Both the position numbers and the translations under genes were made by a program. From contig CAZRIK010000001.1 of assembly GCA_964600125.1 (NCBI GenBank), forward strand, positions 5,412 to 66,622: 61,211 nucleotides of DNA, written 5' to 3'. The stretch comes from an uncultured Candidatus Bathyarchaeia archaeon (GTDB lineage: Archaea > Thermoproteota > Bathyarchaeia > Bathyarchaeales > DTEX01). How positions within the stretch are numbered: the stretch's first letter is position 1; the number at the start of each line of letters is the position of its first letter. Under the pieces are notes generated by a model that did no database searches, was not told the DNA's origin, and worked only from the letters and a program-made list of their open reading frames with translations. Shown here one piece after another: positions 16,557-26,500 of this stretch.

Positions 16557-18587
16557 GTGATAACTGCACTTGATATAGAGACTTACGGAAGTTTATACCC
16601 TTGGGGTGGTGAGATTGTAGGCGTCGGAATTGCATCTGACGTAAATGATTACAACGAAAGCACCTATACGACAGGGGAAAAAAACATAGAAGAACTATTA
16701 ACTTCCCTGTCTCAAAAACAAACACCACTCATTGCCTATAACTTACAGTACGAGATGTTGTGGTTTAACTACAAGTACCCACACCTAAAATTCAATTGGG
16801 TAGGTGACTCTGCAGTCATGGCTCTACTGGAGAACAATAGTGACGAAGTGGGCGAAGACGAACAGAACCTTAAAAGCACTACACAAAGAATGTTCTGCGT
16901 AGAACCTTATGAGAAAGAACTCAAAGACTACATACGCAGTACATACAAATGCAAAGTGTCCGAGTGGGGTAAATACATCGGTATTTCTCCTGTCGATTTA
17001 GTAGGACAGTATTGTAGAAATGACTGTTGGTATACGCTGAAGATTTGGAACAACTGTTCTTACCTATTAAACGGTAGAGAGCATCTCATGAAGTTCTGGA
17101 TTGAGGAAATTGAAGCTACAGTTTGTCAGAATATGTATGGCTGTCCAGTGGATAGACCGCTTGTGTTGGCAAACCTAGAGCAGGTACAAACACAAATTAG
17201 AAAAGCATATGCTGTATTTTTTGAGAATGAAATCGTAAAGACTCACATGCCTACAGTCAGTATAACTAGGTTCCTAAAGGATGAGTACTACGGTAGATAC
17301 ACGGGATTGAAAGCATTTGAAAAGTTCCCACTCACTCCTGAAGAATTTATTCAAGAATGTAATGCAGGTACTTTTAAAGCTAAGTATGGGGTTTCTGGTA
17401 AGAGTATCGAACAATATATACAAGAAAATCCATTCAATCCAAACAGCACCACTCAACTTCAAATGTTCTTTGAAGAGACTAAACTATTCTGGGACGAGAA
17501 ACATCAGCGTCATATATGGCCTTTGCTTACAGAAAAAGGTGCTGCATCTTTTACTGAAGATAGTATATACAAGTACGGGGAAGTTGGATACATCCTTCAC
17601 AGTGCCATCGAAGTGAAAAAAGTATCCGAGAAGTTGGTAAAATTGGAAGAGGATTCCAGGCATCAGGACACGGCTCACTTCTCCATAAATACTGTTGCTA
17701 CAAAAACAGGGAGAATATCAGGCAATGGTCTGAACATTCCTGCTTGTCCATTCGACAATCCACTGTTTGGTTCCTGTCTCATCAGCGGTGAAGGTGCCTC
17801 TATTGTGTCCGTAGACTATGCAAGTTTGGAACCATTTCTTGCTGCTGTTTTGAGCAAAGACCCATTACTTCTGTACGCAATTGATGGCGGTATTGGTAAG
17901 TCACCCTTCACAAAAAATGGCGTACTTATGATTGACGATCCATACATCATGCTTGGCTCAGTCATAAAGAATTTCCAGGCAAAGATTGAGGATTTAGTCA
18001 CACCAGAGGCTTGGCTTGCAGATAGTGAAGCAGTGAAGAAACTACTCAAGGCTGAGAGATTTATTATGAAAGTAACCTTCCTGTCATCTCTATATGGAGC
18101 CCAACCACCAAAGGTATTGGAGACTCTTCTAAAAGAGGGTGTGAAGATTACATTCAAAGAAGTGAGCAAAATTGTTGATGATATGAACTCTCTTTTTGCA
18201 GGCTTGACCCTATTCAAACATCAGGTAAAACAAAAAGCACTGTACCAAGGTTTCATCAATAATCCACTTGGTTTCCCCTGTCATGTGCAGAACACCGCAT
18301 CACATAAAATATTCAACAAATACATTCAATCCACTGCAGCTATGGTGATGAAGTTTACAGTAAGTAGTCTTTGGTCACGCATAAAGAACAGGGAAGAAGA
18401 TATGTACCCGTTGATTATTAACCTACATGACGCATTCTTTCTTAGGGTTCGTGACGAGAATATTGACGAAGTAAAATCAATCATCTTCGACCAAGTGCTA
18501 CCAGAAGTGAATGCTGGCTTGGATTTCTGTGCAAATCTTCGCATGTCTATTGATATTGGAAAGAACTTCTATCAAGTAAAGGGATGA
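16557..18587 (+). CDS. Family-A DNA polymerase with 3'-5' exonuclease domain
   Basis: Exo I ALDIETYG, motif A VSVDYASLEP, motif B RFIMKVTFLSSLYG, motif C INLHDAFF. GTG start with a TAGGAAAA RBS. Confidence 0.9.
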   Translation: MITALDIETYGSLYPWGGEIVGVGIASDVNDYNESTYTTGEKNIEELLTSLSQKQTPLIAYNLQYEMLWFNYKYPHLKFNWVGDSAVMALLENNSDEVGEDEQNLKSTTQRMFCVEPYEKELKDYIRSTYKCKVSEWGKYIGISPVDLVGQYCRNDCWYTLKIWNNCSYLLNGREHLMKFWIEEIEATVCQNMYGCPVDRPLVLANLEQVQTQIRKAYAVFFENEIVKTHMPTVSITRFLKDEYYGRYTGLKAFEKFPLTPEEFIQECNAGTFKAKYGVSGKSIEQYIQENPFNPNSTTQLQMFFEETKLFWDEKHQRHIWPLLTEKGAASFTEDSIYKYGEVGYILHSAIEVKKVSEKLVKLEEDSRHQDTAHFSINTVATKTGRISGNGLNIPACPFDNPLFGSCLISGEGASIVSVDYASLEPFLAAVLSKDPLLLYAIDGGIGKSPFTKNGVLMIDDPYIMLGSVIKNFQAKIEDLVTPEAWLADSEAVKKLLKAERFIMKVTFLSSLYGAQPPKVLETLLKEGVKITFKEVSKIVDDMNSLFAGLTLFKHQVKQKALYQGFINNPLGFPCHVQNTASHKIFNKYIQSTAAMVMKFTVSSLWSRIKNREEDMYPLIINLHDAFFLRVRDENIDEVKSIIFDQVLPEVNAGLDFCANLRMSIDIGKNFYQVKG

Positions 18588-18590
18588 AAT

Positions 18591-18860
18591 ATGGGCAAGA
18601 TGTCTGAGTTACATGAACAACAAATCGAGCGAAACCATCTCGAAGCACTAAAGCGTGATGAAATACACATGCGGGCCTCTGACATGATTGACTTCATGAA
18701 AGACTACCGATTGGAGTCACGGAAAATGTTAGACTTCTGCTTGGGTGAAGAGGACGCAGTTCATCTAAGGAGTTTTCGCATGGGTATCGAGGCTGCAATC
18801 CGAGTCTTTGATAACTTACTTATAGACCATGACCTGAAAAACTTAGTCAAATATAATTAA
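18591..18860 (+). CDS. Hypothetical protein (89 aa)
   Basis: ORF 3 nt after the polymerase stop. Confidence 0.6.
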   Translation: MGKMSELHEQQIERNHLEALKRDEIHMRASDMIDFMKDYRLESRKMLDFCLGEEDAVHLRSFRMGIEAAIRVFDNLLIDHDLKNLVKYN

Positions 18861-18870
18861 GACAGGGGAA

Positions 18871-19719
18871 ATGAAGCATATGGATAGCTTCGCAGAGTTT
18901 TCATGGAGAGAGAAAAGGATCTGGCTACGATCCCAAATCATTCCCACTTGGGTGGATTTCGGAAGCACGGATTTTCCACTAAACAAAAACTGTCATATCA
19001 GTTTGTACGGGTTCAAAGGGGAGGACATACATGAGCACCTTAAAGAGAGAGGACGAAAGCTCAGCAAAAAATACGACCACTACAGCTCAACCATCATCAT
19101 CGACTGCGAAGAAGAGCAATCCCTCCGAGCCGTCCTATCAATACTCGATGAACAGCAATTCGGGTATTCGCTCTATAAGACGGGAGGTCGAGGATTCCAC
19201 GTCCATCTTCCGAGAATCGCCAATCCGAGCAATCACCTTTACACGCAAGACAGAACCTTCCTTTTGCAGACGTTTGGGCACATCCCGTTCGTTGACCACG
19301 GAATCTACAACTCGCCGATGCACCTCATCAGATGCCCAGGACGGGAACACGAAACCACAAGGCAAAAAAAGGAACTCGTGGGCCAACAAGAGGGACAGTT
19401 CCAGCCGGACTTGAGAGAGCTAGAACCGCTTGATTTTTTGATGAGAAGCCACAAAAATTGTGATAACTTCAAACCGCAATTCGAGTGTAAAAACACATGG
19501 TCATATATACAGAACCGTATAGCCTATCATTCTCCTGTCTCTACAGGACAGGTGAGATACACCGCTCTATTTACTGTCGCAAAAGACCTAGCGAAAGTAG
19601 GACTTCTTCAAGATACTATTCTTGACCTACTCACCTATCTAAACTCCAACAACGAAAATCCACTAGAAGATAGTGAATTTGAAAGGGCAGTGTGCGATGG
19701 TATTAGGGCAGCAAAATAG
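18871..19719 (+). CDS. Archaeo-eukaryotic-type primase (AEP / prim-pol-like)
   Basis: GACAGGGGAA motif RBS. TIIIDCEEE acidic motif and GGRGFHVHLP (the sGxGyHv AEP motif). Confidence 0.65.
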   Translation: MKHMDSFAEFSWREKRIWLRSQIIPTWVDFGSTDFPLNKNCHISLYGFKGEDIHEHLKERGRKLSKKYDHYSSTIIIDCEEEQSLRAVLSILDEQQFGYSLYKTGGRGFHVHLPRIANPSNHLYTQDRTFLLQTFGHIPFVDHGIYNSPMHLIRCPGREHETTRQKKELVGQQEGQFQPDLRELEPLDFLMRSHKNCDNFKPQFECKNTWSYIQNRIAYHSPVSTGQVRYTALFTVAKDLAKVGLLQDTILDLLTYLNSNNENPLEDSEFERAVCDGIRAAK

Positions 19720-20227
19720 ACCATTAAATAACTTACATCTTGCTATTGACCCATCAAGTAATTGCATGGGTGTGTCGCTGTGGTTTTCGGATGGTACTTT
19801 CTTTTCTAGTTCGCAGATAACTACGCCGACTTGTGTGTACCTCTCTGAGAGATTGTATCTACTGAGGAAAAAATTCGAGGAATGGTTTCAGAAAACTGCT
19901 CCAAATGGCTTTGTGACTTCTGTTGTAGTGGAGCGTATATCACAAAGACAAATGAGCTATGCCCTACTCTACAGTGCAGGGGCAGTCTTGGCATTACCTT
20001 TCATCAAAGCCAAGGTAGGAGTGAAGGATCAGCTTGTTCCTCCTGTCTGGAAGAAGCATGTCAGGCTGTGGGGAAGTCATATGTCTGACCCTAAAGGTGT
20101 TCCAGCCCTAAAAGGAATCGGTTGGAAAACCAATCTTGCCACCTTGACAGAAGACGAAGCAGATTCCATTATGCTTTACCTCGGATGGCGGGCCGAGAAC
20201 AAAATGCCCGTTAATTTCAAGCAATAA
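19697..20227 (+). CDS. RuvC-like Holliday-junction resolvase
   Basis: LAIDPSSNCMGVSLW (first catalytic Asp), VVERIS (Glu), EDEADSIML (C-terminal acidic pair). ATG at 19697 within the track ORF 19673-20227. Confidence 0.65.
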   Translation: MVLGQQNRPLNNLHLAIDPSSNCMGVSLWFSDGTFFSSSQITTPTCVYLSERLYLLRKKFEEWFQKTAPNGFVTSVVVERISQRQMSYALLYSAGAVLALPFIKAKVGVKDQLVPPVWKKHVRLWGSHMSDPKGVPALKGIGWKTNLATLTEDEADSIMLYLGWRAENKMPVNFKQ

Positions 20228-20243
20228 TTGAAGGACTTTTTCG

Positions 20244-21902
20244 ATGAGCAAAGAAACTATAAAACTCACTCGTGACTATTTTCCCAAGCCTCACCAGCCT
20301 AGGGAAGAGCAAGAAACTTTTCTAGAGTTTCTTGATAAGACTAGAGGAAATGGCAAAAAATACAAAATTGCCATGTTACCTACTGCATTGGGAAAGAGCT
20401 TCCTTGCAAAGACAATCATTGAGAGAAATGCTGCAAATGGTATACGCACCGCAATCACAACTCCACAGAATATTCTCATCGATCAGTATATACGTGACTT
20501 TCCTGATTTACCCAATCTGAAGGGACAGGGGAATTACCCATGCCTCGTTTTTGGTGATGGGACTGCCTTTGGAAATGATGGTAGTTTCTCATACCACGAT
20601 GCGGTAGAGGCAAAACTTTGTCTTCATAATAAATGCCCCGTATTTCATGAGTGCCCATATGCTGTTGCCCAGACACAAGTGGTACTCAGTCCGTATGCAC
20701 TGTTTAATCCCCTGTCATACACATACAGTAAGCTATCCTATGACAGCATAATCATCGATGAAGCTCATGGCCTCAGTGATATGTTGCTTGGCACCTATGA
20801 GGTAAAAATCTGGCAAAGGGACGTAAATTGGGACGCCTCACTAGCAATGAACGTGGTAAAGTTACTAGAAAAAATACGAGAGCGTCAGATTGTTCTTATG
20901 GCTTTTTTGAAAAACGTAATCTCCAAAGTAAAGGTGGGAGAACCACTTCCTGTGAGTAAACGCAAGGAAATCTCCAAACTAAATAGAGAAATTCATACGC
21001 TTTCTCGCATCCATACTGACTTTTTCATAGAGCATAGAAATCTTGTCGTTGAATACGTCACCCAGAAATACAGGGGAGTTGATGAGAAATGTTTCCTCAT
21101 TCGTGCGGCCCGTCTACCAGAAAAGGTGAGTAAATCCTTTTTTGTGGGTGCGAAAGAGATCATTCTCATGTCTGGTACAATCATGCCTCACACCCTCCAA
21201 GACCTACGCATTGACCCAAGCGAGTGTGATTTCTTCGAGGCCGACTCACCCATCCCCGCAAAGAATAGAAAATTCAATGCGCTCAGTCGTGTGAACAATG
21301 TCTTTGCAAATAAGGAAGCGGTGATTCCAATCATTGCCCAGAACATTCAAGAAATTGCCAACAACTACCCAAATGAGAGAGGCTTCGTCCTCGCTACCTA
21401 CGATCAGGCAGAAAAGCTAAAACCTCTCCTCCAAAGTGACCCTAGATACATTTTCCATGACAGAATAAGCAAAAAAGATGCGTTTCAGGAGTTCCTAAAC
21501 TCAAAATCAAAAAACTGCATTGGTGTGTTCAGTGGAATGAGTGAAGGGGCTGACCTGAAAGATGACCTTGCTCGATTCTGCATTCTCACAAAAATGATGT
21601 TCCCTCACCTTGGCGATGGTGTGGTGAAAAAGCGCATGGACAACAATCCCGAATGGTACAGCGGGCATACTCTCATGCAAACCATCCAAGGAGCTGGTAG
21701 AATTGTCAGAAACGAGAAGGATTTTGGCAGCGTGTATATATTAGATACAAACTTCACTCGTGTATATGCCTCCAACAAGAAGTCTTGTCCAAAGTACTTC
21801 ATGGATGCGATTGAAATTTTCTCACAGACAGAACCCCTATCAAAAATTCTTTCCAAGACTAGACAGGAGTATGAACAGTGGCGGTCTTCAAAAAATATTT
21901 AG
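20244..21902 (+). CDS. SF2 helicase of the XPD/Rad3/DinG type with a putative Fe-S cluster
   Basis: Walker A-like PTALGKS, DEAH box IIIDEAHGL, four Cys between them (PCLVF...CLHNKCPVFHECPY), motif VI QGAGRIVRNEKDFGSVYILD. Confidence 0.8.
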   Translation: MSKETIKLTRDYFPKPHQPREEQETFLEFLDKTRGNGKKYKIAMLPTALGKSFLAKTIIERNAANGIRTAITTPQNILIDQYIRDFPDLPNLKGQGNYPCLVFGDGTAFGNDGSFSYHDAVEAKLCLHNKCPVFHECPYAVAQTQVVLSPYALFNPLSYTYSKLSYDSIIIDEAHGLSDMLLGTYEVKIWQRDVNWDASLAMNVVKLLEKIRERQIVLMAFLKNVISKVKVGEPLPVSKRKEISKLNREIHTLSRIHTDFFIEHRNLVVEYVTQKYRGVDEKCFLIRAARLPEKVSKSFFVGAKEIILMSGTIMPHTLQDLRIDPSECDFFEADSPIPAKNRKFNALSRVNNVFANKEAVIPIIAQNIQEIANNYPNERGFVLATYDQAEKLKPLLQSDPRYIFHDRISKKDAFQEFLNSKSKNCIGVFSGMSEGADLKDDLARFCILTKMMFPHLGDGVVKKRMDNNPEWYSGHTLMQTIQGAGRIVRNEKDFGSVYILDTNFTRVYASNKKSCPKYFMDAIEIFSQTEPLSKILSKTRQEYEQWRSSKNI

Positions 21903-21922
21903 GGATTGAAGAGTATTTGAGC

Positions 21923-22141
21923 ATGAGTTTAGAAGAAAAAAAGGAAGTGTTTCTTCTCCTGTCTCTCGAATTACTACGAGAGAAAGAGGCAGAAGACGCT
22001 GACCATGTTCTCAAAAAAGCAAAAACTACCTATGAGGATCTCCGTGAACCATACAAAAATAGACAGAAATCTGTCAAACAGCGTATAAACACACTATTGT
22101 CTATTTGTGACTTAGATATGCCTTTTGTGACAGGGGAATAA
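21923..22141 (+). CDS. Hypothetical protein (72 aa; ORF open from 21878)
   Basis: First ATG after the helicase stop. Its stop lies in the GACAGGGGAATAA motif. Confidence 0.5.
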   Translation: MSLEEKKEVFLLLSLELLREKEAEDADHVLKKAKTTYEDLREPYKNRQKSVKQRINTLLSICDLDMPFVTGE

Positions 22142-22143
22142 CA

Positions 22144-22833
22144 GTGCAATATTTATCCATACGAGACACCGAAACTGCCGTATCCTTGATGACCTTACCT
22201 GAGAAGCTCGAAGTCATGAAAAAACACCCTCGAAAGATACTCATCAATTTTCTAGGTGGTTCTTGTTGCGGTAAATCAACTGTGGCGGCAAAACTCTACG
22301 CTTATCTGAAACAAAAAGAAATCCAGTCATACCTGATTCAGGAGTATGTCACTCGATTTTGGGTAAACGAAGGTCGTGATGTGGGCCAATACGACCAACT
22401 ACTTTTTGCTGCTACTGTTGCCCGTGAGGAATACACATGCACACAGAAGTACCAAGTTTGTGTGAACGATTCTCCTGCACTACTGTGTCTTTTGTATGCG
22501 CATTTACGCCAAAAAGAAAATGCAGACATGCTAGAAACACGCTCTATTACTGTGATGTTGAAAAATCACTGGGAGTATATGCGACAGAAAGAAATCACCA
22601 CACTCAACTACATATTGCCATTTAATCCCCTGTTGTTCAGTGCAGAAAATAGGTACGAAAAAGATGTTGTAGCTGTGCAAAATGTATCCGATTCCTTGCG
22701 ATTGCTCCTACGTGACCTAGAGAGAGAAGGACAAGCACATTTCTTGAAGCGTACCTTCATTGACGTAACTGACAGCATGGAAGACATTTTCGACAACATT
22801 ATCTCCAGTCTTTTGTGGGAACAGAGCCAATGA
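22144..22833 (+). CDS. P-loop NTPase / nucleotide-kinase-like protein
   Basis: Walker A FLGGSCCGKSTV near the N-terminus. About 230 aa, a kinase-like size. Specificity unknown. Confidence 0.6.
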   Translation: MQYLSIRDTETAVSLMTLPEKLEVMKKHPRKILINFLGGSCCGKSTVAAKLYAYLKQKEIQSYLIQEYVTRFWVNEGRDVGQYDQLLFAATVAREEYTCTQKYQVCVNDSPALLCLLYAHLRQKENADMLETRSITVMLKNHWEYMRQKEITTLNYILPFNPLLFSAENRYEKDVVAVQNVSDSLRLLLRDLEREGQAHFLKRTFIDVTDSMEDIFDNIISSLLWEQSQ

Positions 22834-23261
22834 GTATTATGTATCCATTCCTAAAAATAAACGTTTACCGAAACAGTCTATTTCCTCTGGAAGAATACCT
22901 TCGCTTGTATCTTTGGACTGACAAGTACGAAAAGCTTGTCCATCGTGTGGCAAAGGTCACAGGCACTACTGAAGGTGTCCTAAATCTGGACTGCAGGGAA
23001 CCAATTCTTCACGAGAAACATAAGTTTTGGGGAGAAAACAGGAAGATAATTCTCGTTGATAAGCACGTCAACTTCACGCTTGGGGTTCTCAGCGACATAA
23101 ATTTCGATACCGTAAGGATTTTGGATGTGGCTGAAAACAGGTTTAAGAACGTCAATAACATGGGGTTGACTTTGCCTTGGTATACCATGGGGGCTAGGAA
23201 GCCTAGAATCCCTAGGGCCAGAAAATCAGCCAACATCCCCAATCCCAGCACCATCCCCTAA
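22830..23261 (+). CDS. Hypothetical protein (143 aa), last plus-strand replication-module gene
   Basis: ATGA overlap at 22830-22833. The 3' end overlaps convergent gene 23226-23528 by 36 nt. Confidence 0.6.
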   Translation: MSIMYPFLKINVYRNSLFPLEEYLRLYLWTDKYEKLVHRVAKVTGTTEGVLNLDCREPILHEKHKFWGENRKIILVDKHVNFTLGVLSDINFDTVRILDVAENRFKNVNNMGLTLPWYTMGARKPRIPRARKSANIPNPSTIP

Positions 23262-23528
23262 GTATATACGATCACAGAACAATACCAACACATTTTTAGG
23301 CAATCCAACTGTTATCTTCCTGTCTCGTGAAAGATACCCGTCCATAAATACAGTTTCACCAATTTTCACATTTCTCAACGTATATTGTACTGCCCCCTCA
23401 TGAAGTAGTACATAAATAGGCTGATTATTTGCCATAACAGTGATGCACAGCGTGTCACCACCTTTGGCATTTTTGCGTAGTTCACCAATATCTGTAAGCT
23501 TTCCACATATTATAAATTTTGCAATCAT
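23226..23528 (-). CDS. Small OB-fold, SSB-like protein (100 aa)
   Basis: The pattern FIICGKLTDIGELRKNAKGGDTLCITV...IYVLLHEGAVQYTLRNVKIGETVFMDGYL resembles the SSB OB-fold core (viL.G.L..dPel.....G...). No acidic C-terminal tail. Confidence 0.45.
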   Translation of the reverse strand: MIAKFIICGKLTDIGELRKNAKGGDTLCITVMANNQPIYVLLHEGAVQYTLRNVKIGETVFMDGYLSRDRKITVGLPKNVLVLFCDRIYLGDGAGIGDVG

Positions 23529-26500
23529 TTCTTCTTACCCTTTGGCTGGATGCCCTTGTTGTATGCGTCCCTTACATCTGCAGGAAGAGCTTCAGGAACT
23601 AATACAGGGGCAGTCATTTTATCCCTAATTCGCTTATCTTCAATTTCTTTGTATCTTGCTTTCAGTTCTTTATTCGAATCTACGCTAATAATACCTAATT
23701 TTTGCAGTCCATCAACAACTTCGCCCATAGTTTGTAAACGTGAGCCCACACCATCAGGTAAATCGCTGTAAGTTAGCCCGTTATTTTCTAGGATATTTCG
23801 TACAGTATTTGGGTTAGTTTTTTCATCACCTTGTCTACCGTTTGCAGCAAGAACATCCAAGTAAGAATAAGTCTTCAATTCTTCCTCGTATGCGTCCATA
23901 GCTGCATGGAACATTTGCGGTCTTACTGTCACCCAAGCAAGCATGTTGAGTGGATTTCCCTTATACAAACCTTCCCATAATTCATTGTACAGACTCAAAT
24001 GATGCGCAGTCATAGCCTCATGAATTTTGTCCCATTTTTCGCTTGCTTTCTCTGGAGCTTTTTCAGAGAGTTCTGCAAATTCAGCAAATCCTTCAGGGTC
24101 AAAACTTGCCATGTGATCTTTTATTTCTTTTTGTATTTGAGCTTCTATCGTAGAATCTTTCAAGCTTTTCATCTGTTCAGTAAGGTTTTGTGCTGCTTGA
24201 GCGTGGTACTCTTTCATACCAATTTTCAGCAATTCAAGTATTTTTCCTACGATTTCCACAGAACTACCGACACCAAGAATAGCTCTTCCAGGCGCAGTAC
24301 CTAAATCAAGTCCAGAATGACTCTTGAACATCTCTCCAAGATCTGTTGAAAGCACGCCAAAAGGAGAATAAGAACTCATATCTAATCCTCCTGTCACACC
24401 ATGTCGAGCGACATTTTTCAAGAGGTGTTTCAGCATACCTTCTTCAGATATGGGAGTCTCTGCTCCAAATAATTCTTCACCACCTAAGTCAGACAATCCA
24501 TTTTGCAACAGGGGAAATAAGGCCATAGTTGCGCCCATACCAAACAACACTTTCAACGCATGTGGGTGTAGTTCATTAGGCATTACCGCAAGACCTTCTT
24601 TTGGAAATACCCCTTCTAATGCTCTACTCACACCGCCAGAAGTAGCGTTAAATAAGCGCATCCACATCATAGTTTTCGCAGTGGCAAACATTGTTGCGCC
24701 TGGAAGGAATCTTCTCCAAGATTGAATAAAAGGAGATGCGGTAATTGGGCCGAACATACCTATAGTGGAGTCAATATACTGAGTAATAAATGGGGCGGTG
24801 ATATCCTTACCAGCCTTGGCTTGAGCATACCACTGAGCAGCACTTGCAGTGGTAATTCCTTTGTTTTTCGAGTTGAGGAATTGAATTGCCTCTAACTCAG
24901 GCCCATTGTGTACTTTATCTAAAAATTCTCGGTAAAGTGTGAGTCCTTTTTGTGCTTGCCCAGTGGTCATGGAAAGTTCAATATTTTCTTTTCCGTATAT
25001 ATTTACCTTATCGTTGAACCATTTTATAGCCTGTTCTGCTTTTTGAGTAACAACGTGATGACCTTCTTCTGCAAAAGTACCATTTCGTGCACGAATGAAG
25101 CCTTCTTTTGCTTGGTTGCGCATACGAGAGTCGATATATTGCTCAACAACACTACTAACAATCTTATTGTCTGCTGCGTTTATTCCAAATGCTGCAGTCC
25201 TATCAACTCCACTGTGAATGCTTCTTACAAATACCTTTGCTATGTCAAATGAGTCTGCATACAACCTAGCAGATAAGTATGATTGGAAGACGTTTTTTAT
25301 CATACTTTTTGGCGTAGAGAGCGTGTTCAATGGCATGTATGCTAATTGCCCTGTTGCATTTAGTAAGTTGTGTACAGAAATCATCACACTATGGGTGATG
25401 GGGTTGTTTGCATTTAGGCCAATACTACCAACAATCTCTCGCATCAAGTCCAGTGCATTTGGGTCAAAGTTTGCGCTCTCAATCACATTGTCTACGAGAT
25501 TTTTCTCATAAGCAAAACCCATCTGATTCAACAAAGTACCATGATTTATCAAATACTGTTGGTGTAATCCTGTGGCACCCTTAGTGATGTTCTTTTGAGA
25601 CAGGGAGATAATAGCTTCAGCAGGTGATTTTAGCTCTGATATCTCAAATCCGTAAGTCTTACCCAACTGGCCTTCTCTAGAAGAGCCATGAAATTTAGAT
25701 GAACTTATTGGGTCTCTATCCCAGTTTCTAATGTTCTGGAAAATGTTCACGTTGTGGTCTTTTGGCTTCATCTCCACATATGTGTAATCAACTCTCCTGT
25801 CATGCCATGGTAAATCTGTATCATAAATGCTTGAGTATTTTCTACTGTTGTCGAAATTCAGTCTTTCACCCAACAAGTCAGAGGCTCTAATTGTGTTGTA
25901 ATAGTCAAGAGCCAGTTTAAAAGCTTGTTTGAAATGGTCTTCAGGTAGTTCAGGAATCTCAATATCGTTTAGATGCTTTTTCACGATTATTTCAGCCAGT
26001 TTCTCAGTAGTCTCTACACCATCTACAGGTTTAAAGTTGACTCCAGAATTACTTATCTGATTGTGCGTATGAATGATACGCTGATCCACATCCAAATCCG
26101 ACAGGGATTGTACAAACTCATGGTCTGTTAATATGCTGCGGGAAATCTCGCCCACCTGTGTGAGGTATGCTTTGTTTGTTTTCTTGTTCACTTCTACATA
26201 AGTCGTGTCTAATTCATGTGCAATTAGTCTGTTTGTGGAGTTGTTAAAATCTTGACTGTTCAAGTAAGTATATTTTTTGAATACTTTTGCTAGATTTTCA
26301 TTATAAAACTTATCCGTAACTGCCTGCGCAATTCTCTTACCGATGTTCAATAAGTTATACGCTGAGCCTTTTATCGCAAGAAGTGTCTTATTTTCTACAC
26401 GTTTTTGTGAGTGTTCTGGCCCCTCAAGTAGAGACATAAGCTTCGTAAATACAGTAGGATCTTTTCTCAATGCTTTTGAAAATTCCCTCACATCATTGTG

